The translations under genes were made by a program, and so were the position numbers. 64,000 nt of DNA from Gnetum montanum (taxonomy: Eukaryota > Plantae > Gnetophyta): NCBI GenBank assembly GCA_015680685.1, contig MNCI01002388.1:69671-133670 (forward strand). Direction: 5' to 3'. Shown here one piece after another: positions 36,801 through 49,600 of the stretch (positions within the stretch are counted from its first letter, which is position 1; the number at the start of each line of letters is the position of its first letter). The notes under the pieces are model-generated. The model was given only the letters and a program-made list of their open reading frames with translations. It was not told the DNA's origin and did no database searches.

Positions 36801-39800
36801 TTGTCATAAGAATTTCCGATTAAGCAAGTTTGAATGCAAGACAAGAAATCAAACTAAAATAAATATCCAAGGGAAATTATTACAAAAGTTATTGCAAATC
36901 TTCACAAAACCAATTATATCAATATCATGAATGAATGAGAAAAATGCTTTGGATAGTTATTCCATATTTTTGATCTAAGACATAGATAAATTTGGACTTC
37001 TCATACACTATCCTTATTAACTAGCAAGCAAAGAGATAGAGAATTACCTTGACTTACCTTGCTTTCCAGTGATAAGAGAAGATGAATGGAGTTTGAGGTG
37101 AGATCCCCTATCATGAAGTACCTCCTCATCCTTTGGTTCTCTTTCATTAGATCATGTATGTAATGTCTCTATTTGTTCATGTTCCTTGTGATAGGGCTCT
37201 TGATCACTTTTTGCATTATTTTTAGGGCTCCACTTCCCTTCATTTTCACTTCTTGGTTCTTGCACAATTTCCTTACCCAAGCCTTTTTGACAAGACCAAG
37301 CATTAATCCTACATTGATCATCATAGCTACGAGCTTACTTATTGCCATAATTTTTACACACAAATAAAATATTACCCTTATGATCAAAATTTTCAAACCT
37401 TGCTATGCTTGAGCTTGCATTTGAATGTGTTGCTTCCATTAAATTCTTTGGTTTGTTTTTAGGAGTCTTTTCTTCTTGAATCTTGCTGCAATCCTTATTA
37501 CAAGAGGTTAGTTGTTGAATCTCAGCTTTTATGTCTGAGATCTCTTATTTCATTTTAGTATGAATAGCATCTAACTTAGAAAGTACTAGTTTCTTTGCCT
37601 TTCTAATAAAATAATGTAAAAGAAAAACTTCTTCTTTAAATTCACTATACCTCTTGTCACACTTACCACCTTGTTTAACTACATGTAAGGGATTTTCATC
37701 GATAAGTGCCATGCATATGAGATGTGAATCTTTGGAAGAATTGCATGATTCTTCTTCACTTTGTTCATCATTATCCCAACTAGTATAAAAGTTGGTATTT
37801 TTCAATTCCTCATCATTGGATCTATTCCTTGGCTATACCTTGCTATTACTTGGATTGCTAGGACATTCGAAGGCTATATGACCTCTTCCTCCACAAACCC
37901 AACATTTTATGGAAGAAAAACCTAGATTAGAAGAATTTAAAAAATCTCTACTTCTTTCTCTACCTTTGAGGAAATTTGGTCTTTGTTGTTGTTGAGATGT
38001 CCCTTTGTTTTCTTTTATAAGCAATTAGTATAGTCTCCTTGAGAGAAGAGCAATATCATCTTCGTTGCCCTCATCATGCTCATTTGAATCCTCCTTGGAG
38101 GCAATATTTAGAGCAATAGGTCTTTCTTGGATTGCTCCTTCGCTTATGAGATTCATTTCATAGGTGATAAGAGCACTTTGAAGTTCCTCAAATTTTAGAG
38201 TTGAGAAATCTCTAATTTCCTCCATGGCTGTGACCTTAGATCTAAACTCTGGTTGAAGAGTTTTGATCATTTTGACAATGACATTACTTTCAGGCAAATC
38301 TTTCCCTGTTCCTTTGATGACTACAACAAGATCATTAGCACTAGAAAAATAATCCTAGATTTTCTTACCTTCTCTCATTTTGAGTTTATCATATTCACTT
38401 TGTAAAACTAACAATTTTGATTTCTTAACAATAGAGGTTCCTTCATAAGTACCTTCTAAAGTTTGTCAAATGTTTTTGGTCATTTTACATCCTGCTACCC
38501 TATTGAATTTAGATTTATGCAATGCATAATATAAAAATTTTTTTTCTTTTGAATTAAACATGAACTTATCCTTTTCCTCTTGAGATCATTTATTGTGAGG
38601 CTTGATGATGCTAGTGATGCTATCAATGGGTGGAGTGTAGCCTTCCAAGATTGATTCCTAGACTTTAAACTCCATGGATTTGAAGAACTCTTACATTTTG
38701 GCTTTCCAATAGGCAAAGTTGAATTTGTCAAATGTGGGTGGCTTTGTGTAACACGTCTACTCCATTGTTTACTCTTGAAGTTGATGATGAAACAAAGAGT
38801 ACCAGGCTTCAATACCACTTGTGGATCATTGAAGTTAGAAGGGGGGAGGGATGAATAAGTTCTCCTAATCAAACCTTTATAAAATAAAGCATACACATGA
38901 ATTTACATGGTTCCCCAACTTGGGTACTCCACACTAAGAGGGTAGATTGCAAGAACACCTCCAGAATTTGTTGCTCTCAAAATATGGTTAAAGGGATCAC
39001 ACCCTGTATAGTCATCAAGCCCCACTCGGGAGTGTTGTACTATAGCACCAATCACTCAACCTTGCAAGGTCCTGTTAGGATTGGAAATGTGGTTTTAAGG
39101 CTTCCACAACGTTTATAATCCTGAGCTCCACACTAGAGTGTTGTACCACAACACCAACAACTCAATCTTATAGGATCCCAACAAGCTCAAGAAACTCAAC
39201 CCTGCAAGGCAACAAGAACAATAATTATAAAGAAAGATTTCAACTCAATTTGTTGATCCTTGTACAATTAAGTACAACACACATTACAATCCCAAAATGA
39301 TAATACAATGAAGAGCACTAGAAAATTCAATGATTATAGGGGATTGTACAATGAATACAATAAGGTTTGCACTTTTCCCAATGCACATCAAGTACTCTTA
39401 TAGTTGCCATGTTGCTAAATCCTTCTCAAAACTCATGCAATGACTAGCTAATGATCACTAACGATCATGGGAGATGTCTTTCTCATGCCTAAGACGTCTC
39501 TTTGAATTTTCCTTCAAATTTGGGAAGACATCTTTGTTTCCTAAAAGACGTCTTTCTAAATTCTCTACTCTGGAAGATGTTTTTGTCTTGTGGAAGACAT
39601 CTTTCTGGACTTGGTCTATAATCTGTAAAGACATCTCTACCTTGTGAAATACGTCTTTTTCTAAGAAAGATGTCTTTCTTCACTTTCTCTTATATGATGA
39701 ATGCATCATTCCTAATTTACAACCCTGATCTTCTGTATGCTTTAATGATGTCTACTTTGCTTGTACAATATCAGGTCCTTGTCCACGTTCTTTGTATGTT

Positions 39801-39989
39801 TGTTTGAAGACATGTGGATGACCTTCTCCTTTGAGCTCTAGGATAGTTCATTCCTTGTCCTCTTTAGCTCATCTTAGTTTCCTGTGGATGTAGTCCTACA
39901 AACACAATAACCATACAACCATACAAACAACTTTTTTCTCTAGTTTACTTAACGTTTTGAGCACACCAAAACACACCAAAAGGTCCACA
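33810..39989 (-). mobile_element. Sirevirus-like (SIRE) Copia element C, non-autonomous, no recognisable pol
   Basis: LTRs 33810-35041 and 38820-39989 (TGTGGA..TCCACA); TSD TTAAG/TTAGG; tRNA-Met-like PBS ~38806-38817; repeated PPT AAAAAGGGGGAGAT / AAAAAGGGGGGAGAG (~35042, ~35113); GGGGGG.TGAATA motif at the LTR end. Confidence 0.92.
37170..38765 (-). pseudogene. Sirevirus-type gag with zinc knuckle and C-terminal extension, disrupted
   Basis: KPPTFDKFNFAYWKAKM; FRSKVTAMEEIRDFSTLKFEELQSALITYEM; CWVCGGRGHIAFEC. Confidence 0.88.
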
Positions 39990-40214
39990 TTAGGTTCTAA
40001 GGTATCAAAGAAATAGGGGATTGAAGACAATTTTAATGTTAAAGCATTAAAAATTAATCAAATTTGATAAAAAGTAGGTCCCAAAATCATCCATGAATTT
40101 AGAGGATTTTCTCATAATGTATTTTAAGATGTAATGTTGGTTCAAAGCCATGATTAACTAAAGTCATGCAAGTGAATCCTCGCCAAAGCAAGGTCCTATC
40201 CATAATATGGGAGA

Positions 40215-40347
40215 TGTTGGAACCTTGAAAAAATTGTAATATAGTTTAATTATAACTTCATAACTTAGCATTACCCACAAGAATTAAACCCATGACATGG
40301 AGCTTCCAAATCAAAAGTCTTACCACTAGGTTAGCACCTCATTATTA
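40215..40347 (-). repeat. tRNA-like repeat copy 5 (best preserved)
   Basis: The minus strand reads GAGGTGCTAACCTAGTGGTAAGAC...CATGGGTTTAATTCTTGTG. Confidence 0.72.
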
Positions 40348-40649
40348 TGCTTAATGCACTTACATAACCACTTCTGTAGGTGTCCATGAACATCTTAGAA
40401 GTTAAATTTGGATCATACCTTTGTTTAAAACAACACATGCCTACTTTAGTTGAAGTCCTTCACTATGCTATACAAAGCCATAAATTTTATCACTGTGCTT
40501 CACAAAGTGATAAATTTCATAGTTAACTATAATGGTTTAATCTTTTTATGTTAAATCAATGTTTTTTCAATGGATTTGATGTTTTTTCAATGAATTTGAT
40601 GTTTCTCCAGTGGTTCTAATTTTTTTATCTTTAATTTTTCTTTACCAAA

Positions 40650-41930
40650 TTTGATTTTTCTAGAATTCCCCTATGGGGAATTCTATTTTACTCCCAACTT
40701 CTTCAACCAATGATAAAATTTTCACTTCTTTTATTGATGCAGAAATCTCTATTGATTCTCAAAATAAAAATTTACAAGCAAGTAAGAAAAAAGTTATGTT
40801 GATGCAACTAAAACACTTGATTTTGGTCTTCCTAATGATGCATATGAGTCATTAGTTGCTAATCTTTTATTACAATGTGTTCATTCTAATTTTGAGTTAC
40901 CTATTTCATAATTAATGTCTCATGTCATAGTTAAATGATATGATGAAAAAACATGACATTCAAGTTCTTCATGCTAGGTATTATTCTCATTTTTTTTGTT
41001 GTTGAGTTAGGTAATGCTTTGATGGTATAACGTGCCCTAGATATAGGGTCTTTTATAGATAAGCATGCAGTGGCATATGAAATCTGTTTCTACAATTTCT
41101 AGTTTACATAGATGTTTGTTTTTGTTCAAATTAACCTTCTCAATCATAAAAAGAAATTGGCATTACAAATAGAAGGAAATATTAATATTCAGCTAATTAT
41201 ATATTATAAATTTTCTAATTCTTTTAACTCTTACCATCATGAAGGACATTTGTTTAATGCTTATTCTTTTCTACTCAAAACAAAAAAAAGAAAAAAGATT
41301 TTGAAAAAACAAAATGTTTTGAACTTGAAGATAGAAAAAAATAATATGAAGTTGAAGATATGAAAAATCGAATTAATGTTAATGATAAGAATGATCAATG
41401 GCTAGAAAAAATCTAGAGAAGATAGAAGCTTTTATGTATATTTTTGCTAGTACTATATAAAGTATTAAGCAACCTTGAAAATAGCTTGTAAGGTAAAATT
41501 TTCCTCATTTGACAAGATTACTATTAACTCAAAAATTAAAACTAATGTTGACAAGAAGGTTATAGTTGATGGTAAGGATTCTTGATGTAAGATTAATAAC
41601 AAGTGACAAGGTGAATATCTTCCACTAGCGACAAGCTAAAAAAAATATTGTTATAAGTTATCACTTGCTATCTTGAATCCTTTTACTATTTTAAAAGAAA
41701 TGTAAGTTTTTTTTTAGCTTTAGGATATTCCTTCCTACTAATAAATAATTTTCTTCTTTCATTTTTTAATGATATCAATTGTAAGGTTATATATTTGAGT
41801 ATACAATCCTAAAATCAGAAAGATTTTTTTCATATTTTTTTAATGATGTCTACTTAGTGTTAAGCTTGTGATGTACTTTGAATTTTCTTTACTCATTATT
41901 AATATTTTTTTATGGTTTGACACCTTCTCA
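40650..41930 (+). mobile_element. L1 ORF1-like element (DUF4283/zf-CCHC_4-like), copy 3, no ORF2 seen
   Basis: KKSYVDAT, FVVELGN..RALDIGSF and FVQINL...IQLIIYYKFSNSFNSYHHEGHLFNAY (decayed CX2CX4HX4C). Confidence 0.65.
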
Positions 41931-41949
41931 TAAATTTAATAATTGCATC

Positions 41950-42573
41950 AAGTTAGATAGGTGAGATGAATTGATTAGAAACTGAAGAACTAGGACATGA
42001 GATACCTTACCATGGTTATAATGGATCCTACATGCAATGTGATTAAAATTATCATTATACCTATATTTTGAGGTTCCAAACCAAGTCCAACCACTATTAA
42101 TGACATCAAATTATGTCATCCTAGGCCTAACACCATGAAACTAGTTGTCCATCACATGACGATAATACTAGTCAATGAAGAAAAAAATGGAAACATAAGT
42201 TAGAATTATTACAAATAATTAATTAATCACTCATATTCAAGTTGTTAACCTTGGTCATTAGTTAGAGGAGTATGTTCAAGCATGGATTACATGTCTTTCT
42301 AGTCACGTGATGGAACTAGTCCAAGGGATCATGAAATTTTTGGAAGTAGCCTACCTTCAAGAATAGGTAACATGTCTTTGCAATGGTACTCCAAGCATGA
42401 TTTCTTTATGAATGATTGAATTAATTATTTTATTATTCTTGCCATAGGACTATCTTTAAGCACAAGTCACATTCCTATCTAGTAACATAATAAGAAAACA
42501 TCCTATCTTTGGGCATGTTGTCGTAGTCTCACTACCAAGTATAATCATTCTTTTTATAGTTTGATATGATAGG
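41950..42573 (-). mobile_element. Athila internal non-coding fragment (probably part of element A)
   Basis: Homologous to 28100-28560 and 49310-49770, including the CATGGGTAACATGTCTTTCTAG repeats. Confidence 0.7.
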
Positions 42574-45500
42574 TGATGAACATTAAGGTGGTTGGCTACA
42601 TCAATGGATATGTGTTGACATAGCCTAAGATGTGTCCATGCATATGCATTGATGTAATCTCCATCTTCATTTATATAAATGTATGCACCCACTACATTTA
42701 TGACACTAGTTGATCATTTCCTTAGTGAGATTGTTGAAGTTTTATGTTGTAAAAGTTAGAATTTTTTCTATGAGTGTCCACAACATGGATTAAATGAAGT
42801 GTATCAATTTTTTTTAAGTGCATGATGTACCTAGATACATTTTTATGGTAGTAATAAAATTTAGGTTTTTCCTATCCATTGCAGCACTATTCATTTACTT
42901 TTAATGCAAGTAGTTAATACTTTATTTGATTGCACTTAGTCACTTTGTATGGTTACTCCATGCTAGGCTAGATTAGATTTACTTTTCATACTTAGACTAC
43001 TTAGATTAATATTTTAAATATTTTAATATTGTACATATTTTAATAATAATAAAAATACAAGCATATGCCTTAGTCATACTTAACCATACAACTTGAGCCT
43101 ACATAAGTGTGAGAAGACAACAATCAACATCTTAGTGCTTGATTACCTAAGGCATCCATCTAATCCTGGGTTCACATAATTTGACCAGATAGTGCATGAA
43201 CTTGGTGCTAGTATTTTAAGATAACTAGGATTATTCAAGGATCAATATTAGAAATTGAAATAATTTATCATTTACCAATAATAATAATATTTTATTCTAA
43301 GACATACTTATGGATTAACATTGTCTTCTTCTCATAGAGAAGATCCCTAACCTCCCAATGATACAACTTAGGTATATGATAGGACTACAACGAGTAAGGA
43401 TGATATGCCATAGTAAGTAAAATAATCTATAAGCGTCTAGATCCCTACCAACTAGAATTTACCTTCATACTTTACTAAGATGAATATATGTGATGGAGAT
43501 ACTTAGAGGATAGCATTGTATTGCCACCTAATCTATTAGTGCCATTAATGCTCATGGAAATGTTGATGAGACTAGAGATTAAAGTAGCAGTTCCAAACTA
43601 CAAAGTAGTCAATGAAATCTCTAAAGATTACAAACCCACAAAGTGCCAATTACACAAGGACTAAGACATGAAGACTTGCTACAAAGCTTCCAAAGGGAAG
43701 GGGGCTCCCATTCATCTAACATCACAATTAGAAAAGAAGGATACAAATTACTAATTAGGTAAATCTCAATGTCAAAATCCTCTTCCCCCCAGAGGAGATG
43801 ACATAAACCATCCTTGGTTACGTTCGGCCTTGTCAAGAGATCAAGGAAAGGGAAGGATAGAATCCAAAACTCTTTTAGTTCTTCACATTCATCCTCATTG
43901 TCAAGATTTGATGAGGGTGAAAGTAGCCAAGTAGAAGGGGAAATGATTATAGGTAAGGTGAAGATGATAGAAGGAACCATCGTATGAATGGTAGAAGGGA
44001 AAGTAGACGTAAATAGATGAACACCATCATGAGAGGAGGCAAAGTAGGTAATCCTAAGAAAGACATAGTCATGATAGGGAAAGCCTTCCATGATGCATGC
44101 ACCTTGTAGAATATTAAGAATGAATGATAAAAGCTAAAACTTTTTCCAAGGATATTCATCAAAGAAGTTGAAAGTTGGTATTAGTCCTTGGAACCAAAAT
44201 CTATTAGGAGATAAACTACAATGTTGGAATTATTCAATGATAAATATCAAACATACTTTAGGTTGTTTAACTTAAGGAAATAAATTCAAGGATGGAGACA
44301 AGGTAATCATGAGTCTCTTGATGTAGCCTTGTGCAAATGCTATTATCTTGTTCATAAATACCTAGGCCATGGCTTTTCTCAAAGGAAGTAGCTACACCAT
44401 ATCATACATGGACTTCACAAAAAAACAAGAGAGACTCTTAAGATCTATGGCCAGGGGAGATTATCTAATATGAGAGTCTATTAAATCCAAAGGATAATTA
44501 ACTAAGTGGCAAAGGAAGAAGGTGAACTAAAGAAGAGAGAAAATGCAGAGTATAAGAGGAACTCCTTAATATGCAAAAAAGAGATACGTCTTTATAAACC
44601 TAATAACGAAGCATCATTAGAAGAGTTAGTATATAGAAAGACCTTACCCATTCAAAAAGTAGTTCTTAAAATATGGACAAAGCTTAATAAAATGTAGGAC
44701 TCCATTGATGAAAAACCTCAAATAGCACTAAAGATTATGGTGGAAAAAACAAAACAAGAAAGAGCTAAGGAGAAAGTTAAAGAAATAAAAGAGATATAGG
44801 GAAGGACTACTTCTAGCACAAATGGAAAGTAGCTACAGTGAAGAAGTTTGAAGACTCCATGTTAGATGATGATGGCCATGACATTTGCCAATATGAACAT
44901 CTAAAAGGTTGTTACGCAATAATTTCACACTTGTAGTGATCTAGGGCTTATGCACTAAACCCAAATTTCATTAAAAATCAAGTCCCAAGGAGGTTTCCTT
45001 ATTCTTAAGGCAACTACAAGCACCTATATCACCATTAAAAGTATTGTCCAAGTGGGGCTTCACCTTAATCTCAAAAGTGCTACTCGTAGTTAAAAAATCC
45101 ACAGTCATGGGGAATGCCATCATTGATGTAGCAATATCCCTATACGAAACTACAACTCATGTCTTTGCTCATCATTATTATCCTTCAAAATACTAAAGAC
45201 CTACCACTTCGCATGCTAAATCTCCTTCAACTTATTCTTCTCATCCTTTGCAATGCTCTTAACCCCACACCTCAAATCCTTTACTAATTACTTTACCAAT
45301 GCAAGGAGAAATTCCTCTACAGTCTTAACAATGGATTTCCAACAGAGTAGTAAACGTACAGGTGGATGGTAACTCAAGTGGTGCCAAGTGCAATACTTAG
45401 AAACAATTATTCATTAGGTTAGCCAGTGCATCCAAACCTTCACAAACATCTATGGTTATACATCCAACACTAATAGCCTTCTAGATAACATGCAAGTTTC

Positions 45501-46690
45501 CTTCAAACCAAAATGTTCGTCATGTACAGACTGTCATGCTCACTCATGTAGTTACAGATTAGATAAAGGTAGGACACCTTCCTAGGAAAAGAATTGATAC
45601 AAGAAGTTCCTCAATTTACTTATAGATTGCATGAAATGCATCATAAAAGGCCTTTCAAGATTCAAGTTTGAAAGTCAATTTGATTTTTCAAGAAATGTAT
45701 AAGGCATAGAATCTTTCGCCATTAAAGAAATGTAACATTAGGTTGAAGTTTGTAGATCGGTTGATTACTATTTCCTTAGGGCTTGTAGAAGATATTATGA
45801 CCATCATTAGTGGTTGGTCATACCTTGTTGACTTCTTGGTAATCCATGTGGACAATTAAAAGAGGAACTTTCCTATCATCATGTAGAAATATTGGATAAG
45901 CATAATTGATGCTAAGATGGAAATCAAAGATCTATCCTTAGAAATTTCCAAGAAGAATGAACATGAAATAATAACAAAGAAGAGAGTTCCATGCATCATG
46001 TATAGTAACACAGGGCGCAATTGCATGCAAAAAATTTGGGCAATAAGAAGTAGAGCCATCACAACATGTAGATCATTTTTCGAATCAATTAATGTCCAAT
46101 GGGCTTATATGCAGTAACAAAAACATTAAGAGGGAATGTAGTGGTTGACATTAGATGATTGCTCCAACTCTACAATATGCATGGAATTGATGGAAGTTCT
46201 TACAAGTACTTACATTGATAAAATGAATGAAATGGAGTAGCTCAAACATCAACTCTCAGATGCAAAACTTAAAATGGAAGTAGAAAAAAAATATGGAGAG
46301 CTAAAAATTTCTGAAGTATCTGAACCAAAACCCTTAAAGGTAAAAACATTACCAAAATTTTTTGAGTATGTATTCCTAAAAAATGGTAAACTGGTAATCA
46401 TAAATGTCTAGTTTACAAGGGAACAAAAACAAAAATTGTTGAAGATGGCAAACAAGTGGCCAACAACCTTTGCTTGGTTACATGATAAAATCACTAGTAT
46501 TAATCCATGCATATGCCTACAAAAAAGCTACACAAGCTCTATTCTTAAGCCCTAATGATAGCCATAAAAAATGTTAAATCCTAAATTAAAGTAGGTTGTA
46601 AAGAAGGAAATGGAAAGGCTCCTAAAAGTTGGATTCATCTATCCTATAGCAGACAATGAATGGATGAGCCTACTCATTATTATGCCTAAG
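42574..46690 (+). mobile_element. Athila-like element E (5' LTR, gag, protease, start of RT), 3' part missing
   Basis: LTR ~42574-43205 in the opposite orientation; gag KAFHDACT..KLKLFPR; protease region LVEDIM..SYLVDFLVI; RT start LNPKLK*VVKKEMERLLKVGFIYPIADNEWMS, interrupted at 46690. Confidence 0.85.
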
Positions 46691-49600
46691 TAATGAGTAG
46701 CAAGTACCCCTACACCCAACCATACAAGTCACAAGCATTCACTCATGATCTGATCGCATTTTGTGGATGGGACTAGTTGTGGCATCTAGATTATTAAGCA
46801 TTGATCATAGGACGCTATCCTCCCACTTGGACTAGTGGTAGCGTTGTCATGTATGGTTTAGTCAAAAGTGAGGCTTATGATAATTGATGTTGTTTGGTCT
46901 TTAATATTCCTAGTTGCAAACATAATGAAAGTTGAGAATAATAATCTAAATCTAAGTCATGATAGTAATGTAAATCTACTCTAGCCTAGAGCGGTGAGCA
47001 TTTAGTCTTGGCTTATCATACATGCGTTTGGCTCATGTAACCATTATTGGATTACCAAGCATTATGCTACTAGGTCAACCAAGCTATAACACTATTGGGA
47101 TTACAAAACAATTACACTTAAATGCTTGAAACCAATTGTACTCATTGCACTTTACTAATGAACAAGAAAGTAAAGTACTTGGAAATGTAAATGCTTAAAC
47201 TAAGAAAATAGCAAGAACTATGCTAAGTAAAATAATAAAACTAAGTGGATGCTACAATGATAAAAAGTAATCTTAATCTTTATTTCTTGTCACAACTTGT
47301 GCCCAAGTACACTTCACTCGAATAAAGATTCATACAACTGCTTAACACTACACTTCAAGCATTCACTCTATTGCTACAACTATGAAATGAAACTACAAGA
47401 ATCTACCTAAAGATGAAATGAAACTTATGCAAATCTATGTGTCTAAGTTTTATATTTATAGGCTGCACACATCCCATGATATCATATCTACAATGTTGTA
47501 GCATGTGCTACGATATCATATATACGACATCATAGATACGTTATCATAAGTGAACAAAAATTGACATTATCAAATAGAAGCAACATTGCATCTATGATGT
47601 CGTTGATGCAACATAGTAGCCAACTGAGATACACTGACAAGGATGCTACAACACAAATGTGATGTAGCATCTATGACATAGCATCTACGATATCTTAGCC
47701 AACTGATGATTCATCATACCCCTACAATTGACTAAAAACTTTTCCTCAAGTTAATAGGATAGGAATGAGCTTTCTTTACAAAGTTGGGAAGGTATGAGAC
47801 TAGTGATTGACTCTAACTACTGACTGACTCTGAGTGCCACAATGGTGTGTACAAAAAATGACATAGTTACATGAAAAAACAAAAATAAAATTTGAAGTGG
47901 CTCAATGTAGTTTTGTGTTTTAGGTGGTGGTGGCTCTTCCATCAAGTTCTTTCCTTTGTTGTCAAGCTTTTGAAAAGTTTCTCCTCTTCTGTTCCTGACT
48001 TGTTTTTCTGTTTGTTCTCTCTACTGAGTATGGCATAGAGACTTCTTCAATTTTAACTATTGAATTGGATTCTTTATTTTGCTAGAATTGATATGTTTCT
48101 CCTAAGTTTCATTCTCCACTGTTGGTTAGTGTGGGCCATAATGGAGATGCTTGGAGTTGCATCTTTACAACTTCCAGGTTGTGAAGGTCCTACTTTTGGT
48201 ATCCTCTTTAGGGTCATTTACAATTAATCAAGAGCTTAGGATTACCAAAATGTTTTCATCGATGCTTAATTGTTCATAATCCTTCTTGTACTCTTGGTTA
48301 GATCAAGTTCTTATCATCTTATGATTGTAGAGTTAGAAAAAGTTGTAATAAAGGAACCCCTTAGGTGTTATATTATTTAGTTACTTATGACCTTCTTATC
48401 ATTTTCTTACGTATTATGACCTAAAACAGTTGGTATGGTCTATTAGAAGTATGATCTAAATCTTTCTAGCCTTAGTTTGATTGATTACCATTAAGATTCT
48501 TATTATTTCTGTATACTTACCCTTTATAGTATCTTACAACAGTATGAATTTTTGGCTCAACTTTTTAAATTTCTGTTCTCTTATATCGCGCGATGCACCC
48601 TACGAGGGCAAAGTTATAGTCTTTGGAAGTTAGTGTGCAAGAGATCTAAGAAAAAACTACAAAAATTCTCTTGCTACAAAATGAAGATGTGAAAAATTTC
48701 ACTAACTCCTGCATGTATATATACTATTTTTATATGCATGACATCGTAGATCATACATTGTAGATATGACATTGTAGGTGCCTAAGACATCATAAATATG
48801 ATGTCACTGTTGAAAATTTCAAATTTTTCATTGATTTTTTAAGGAAAAATGAGTCAAATGAAATATTTGGAATATGTAAAGTTTATGTAGAAGGTCATGG
48901 TCATTAATGATGCACAATTTTCCAAAATTTGATGTTCAAAGTTGCTGAAGAAGGAGTCTTGGGTAGTGAAAGTTTATTGTATGGATAAGAGATGGGTAAT
49001 GTATTTCTAATGAATGGACAAAGTATTAGAGATTACAGAAAATATTTATTAGATTTTGGATGAACTTGGAAGGCACAAGATGATGTGGAATTACTTTGAA
49101 AGTATAAAGTACAAGAGTTATACAAGTGGGTCCTTCCCAAAGCAGGCTCCAGCCCTTAGTGCCCTTGTATAACCATGCCTAAAGTATCCTTGGGTACTCA
49201 AGGAGTTGAAGGTAAGACATACTTATCTAGCAAAACACACATGTTAGTATCACTAGATTGAGAAAATAATGCTATGTTATATAAAACCACAAGTTACGAT
49301 TAAATATACAATGAGGTGAGATGGACTAGAGAAAGGATTGTTGAACTTGGGAGTGAGGTATCTTACCATAGGCATAATGGATTCTTGTGTGTTATTGATG
49401 GTTAAAGTAATCATTAGCCCTTCTTTCCAAGATTCAAACCAAGTCCAAACCACTTTCTAGTGAAATTACATTGTTTCATCTCTTGGATTTACAATCATAA
49501 GACTACCACTAGTGCAAAGAGTATTACCACTTAGCGTATTGTCCAAGGAAGGAGTTTATTCATTGCATGTATTATTTTTTTAGTTTCTTGAGAAGCCACC

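Noticed and set aside
40270-40340. Functional tRNA gene
   Set aside because: The acceptor and anticodon stems do not pair, and five diverged copies share a non-tRNA body, so it is treated as a mobile repeat.
43621-44091. 156-aa minus-strand ORF
   Set aside because: It is the antisense shadow of the purine-rich gag region of element E.
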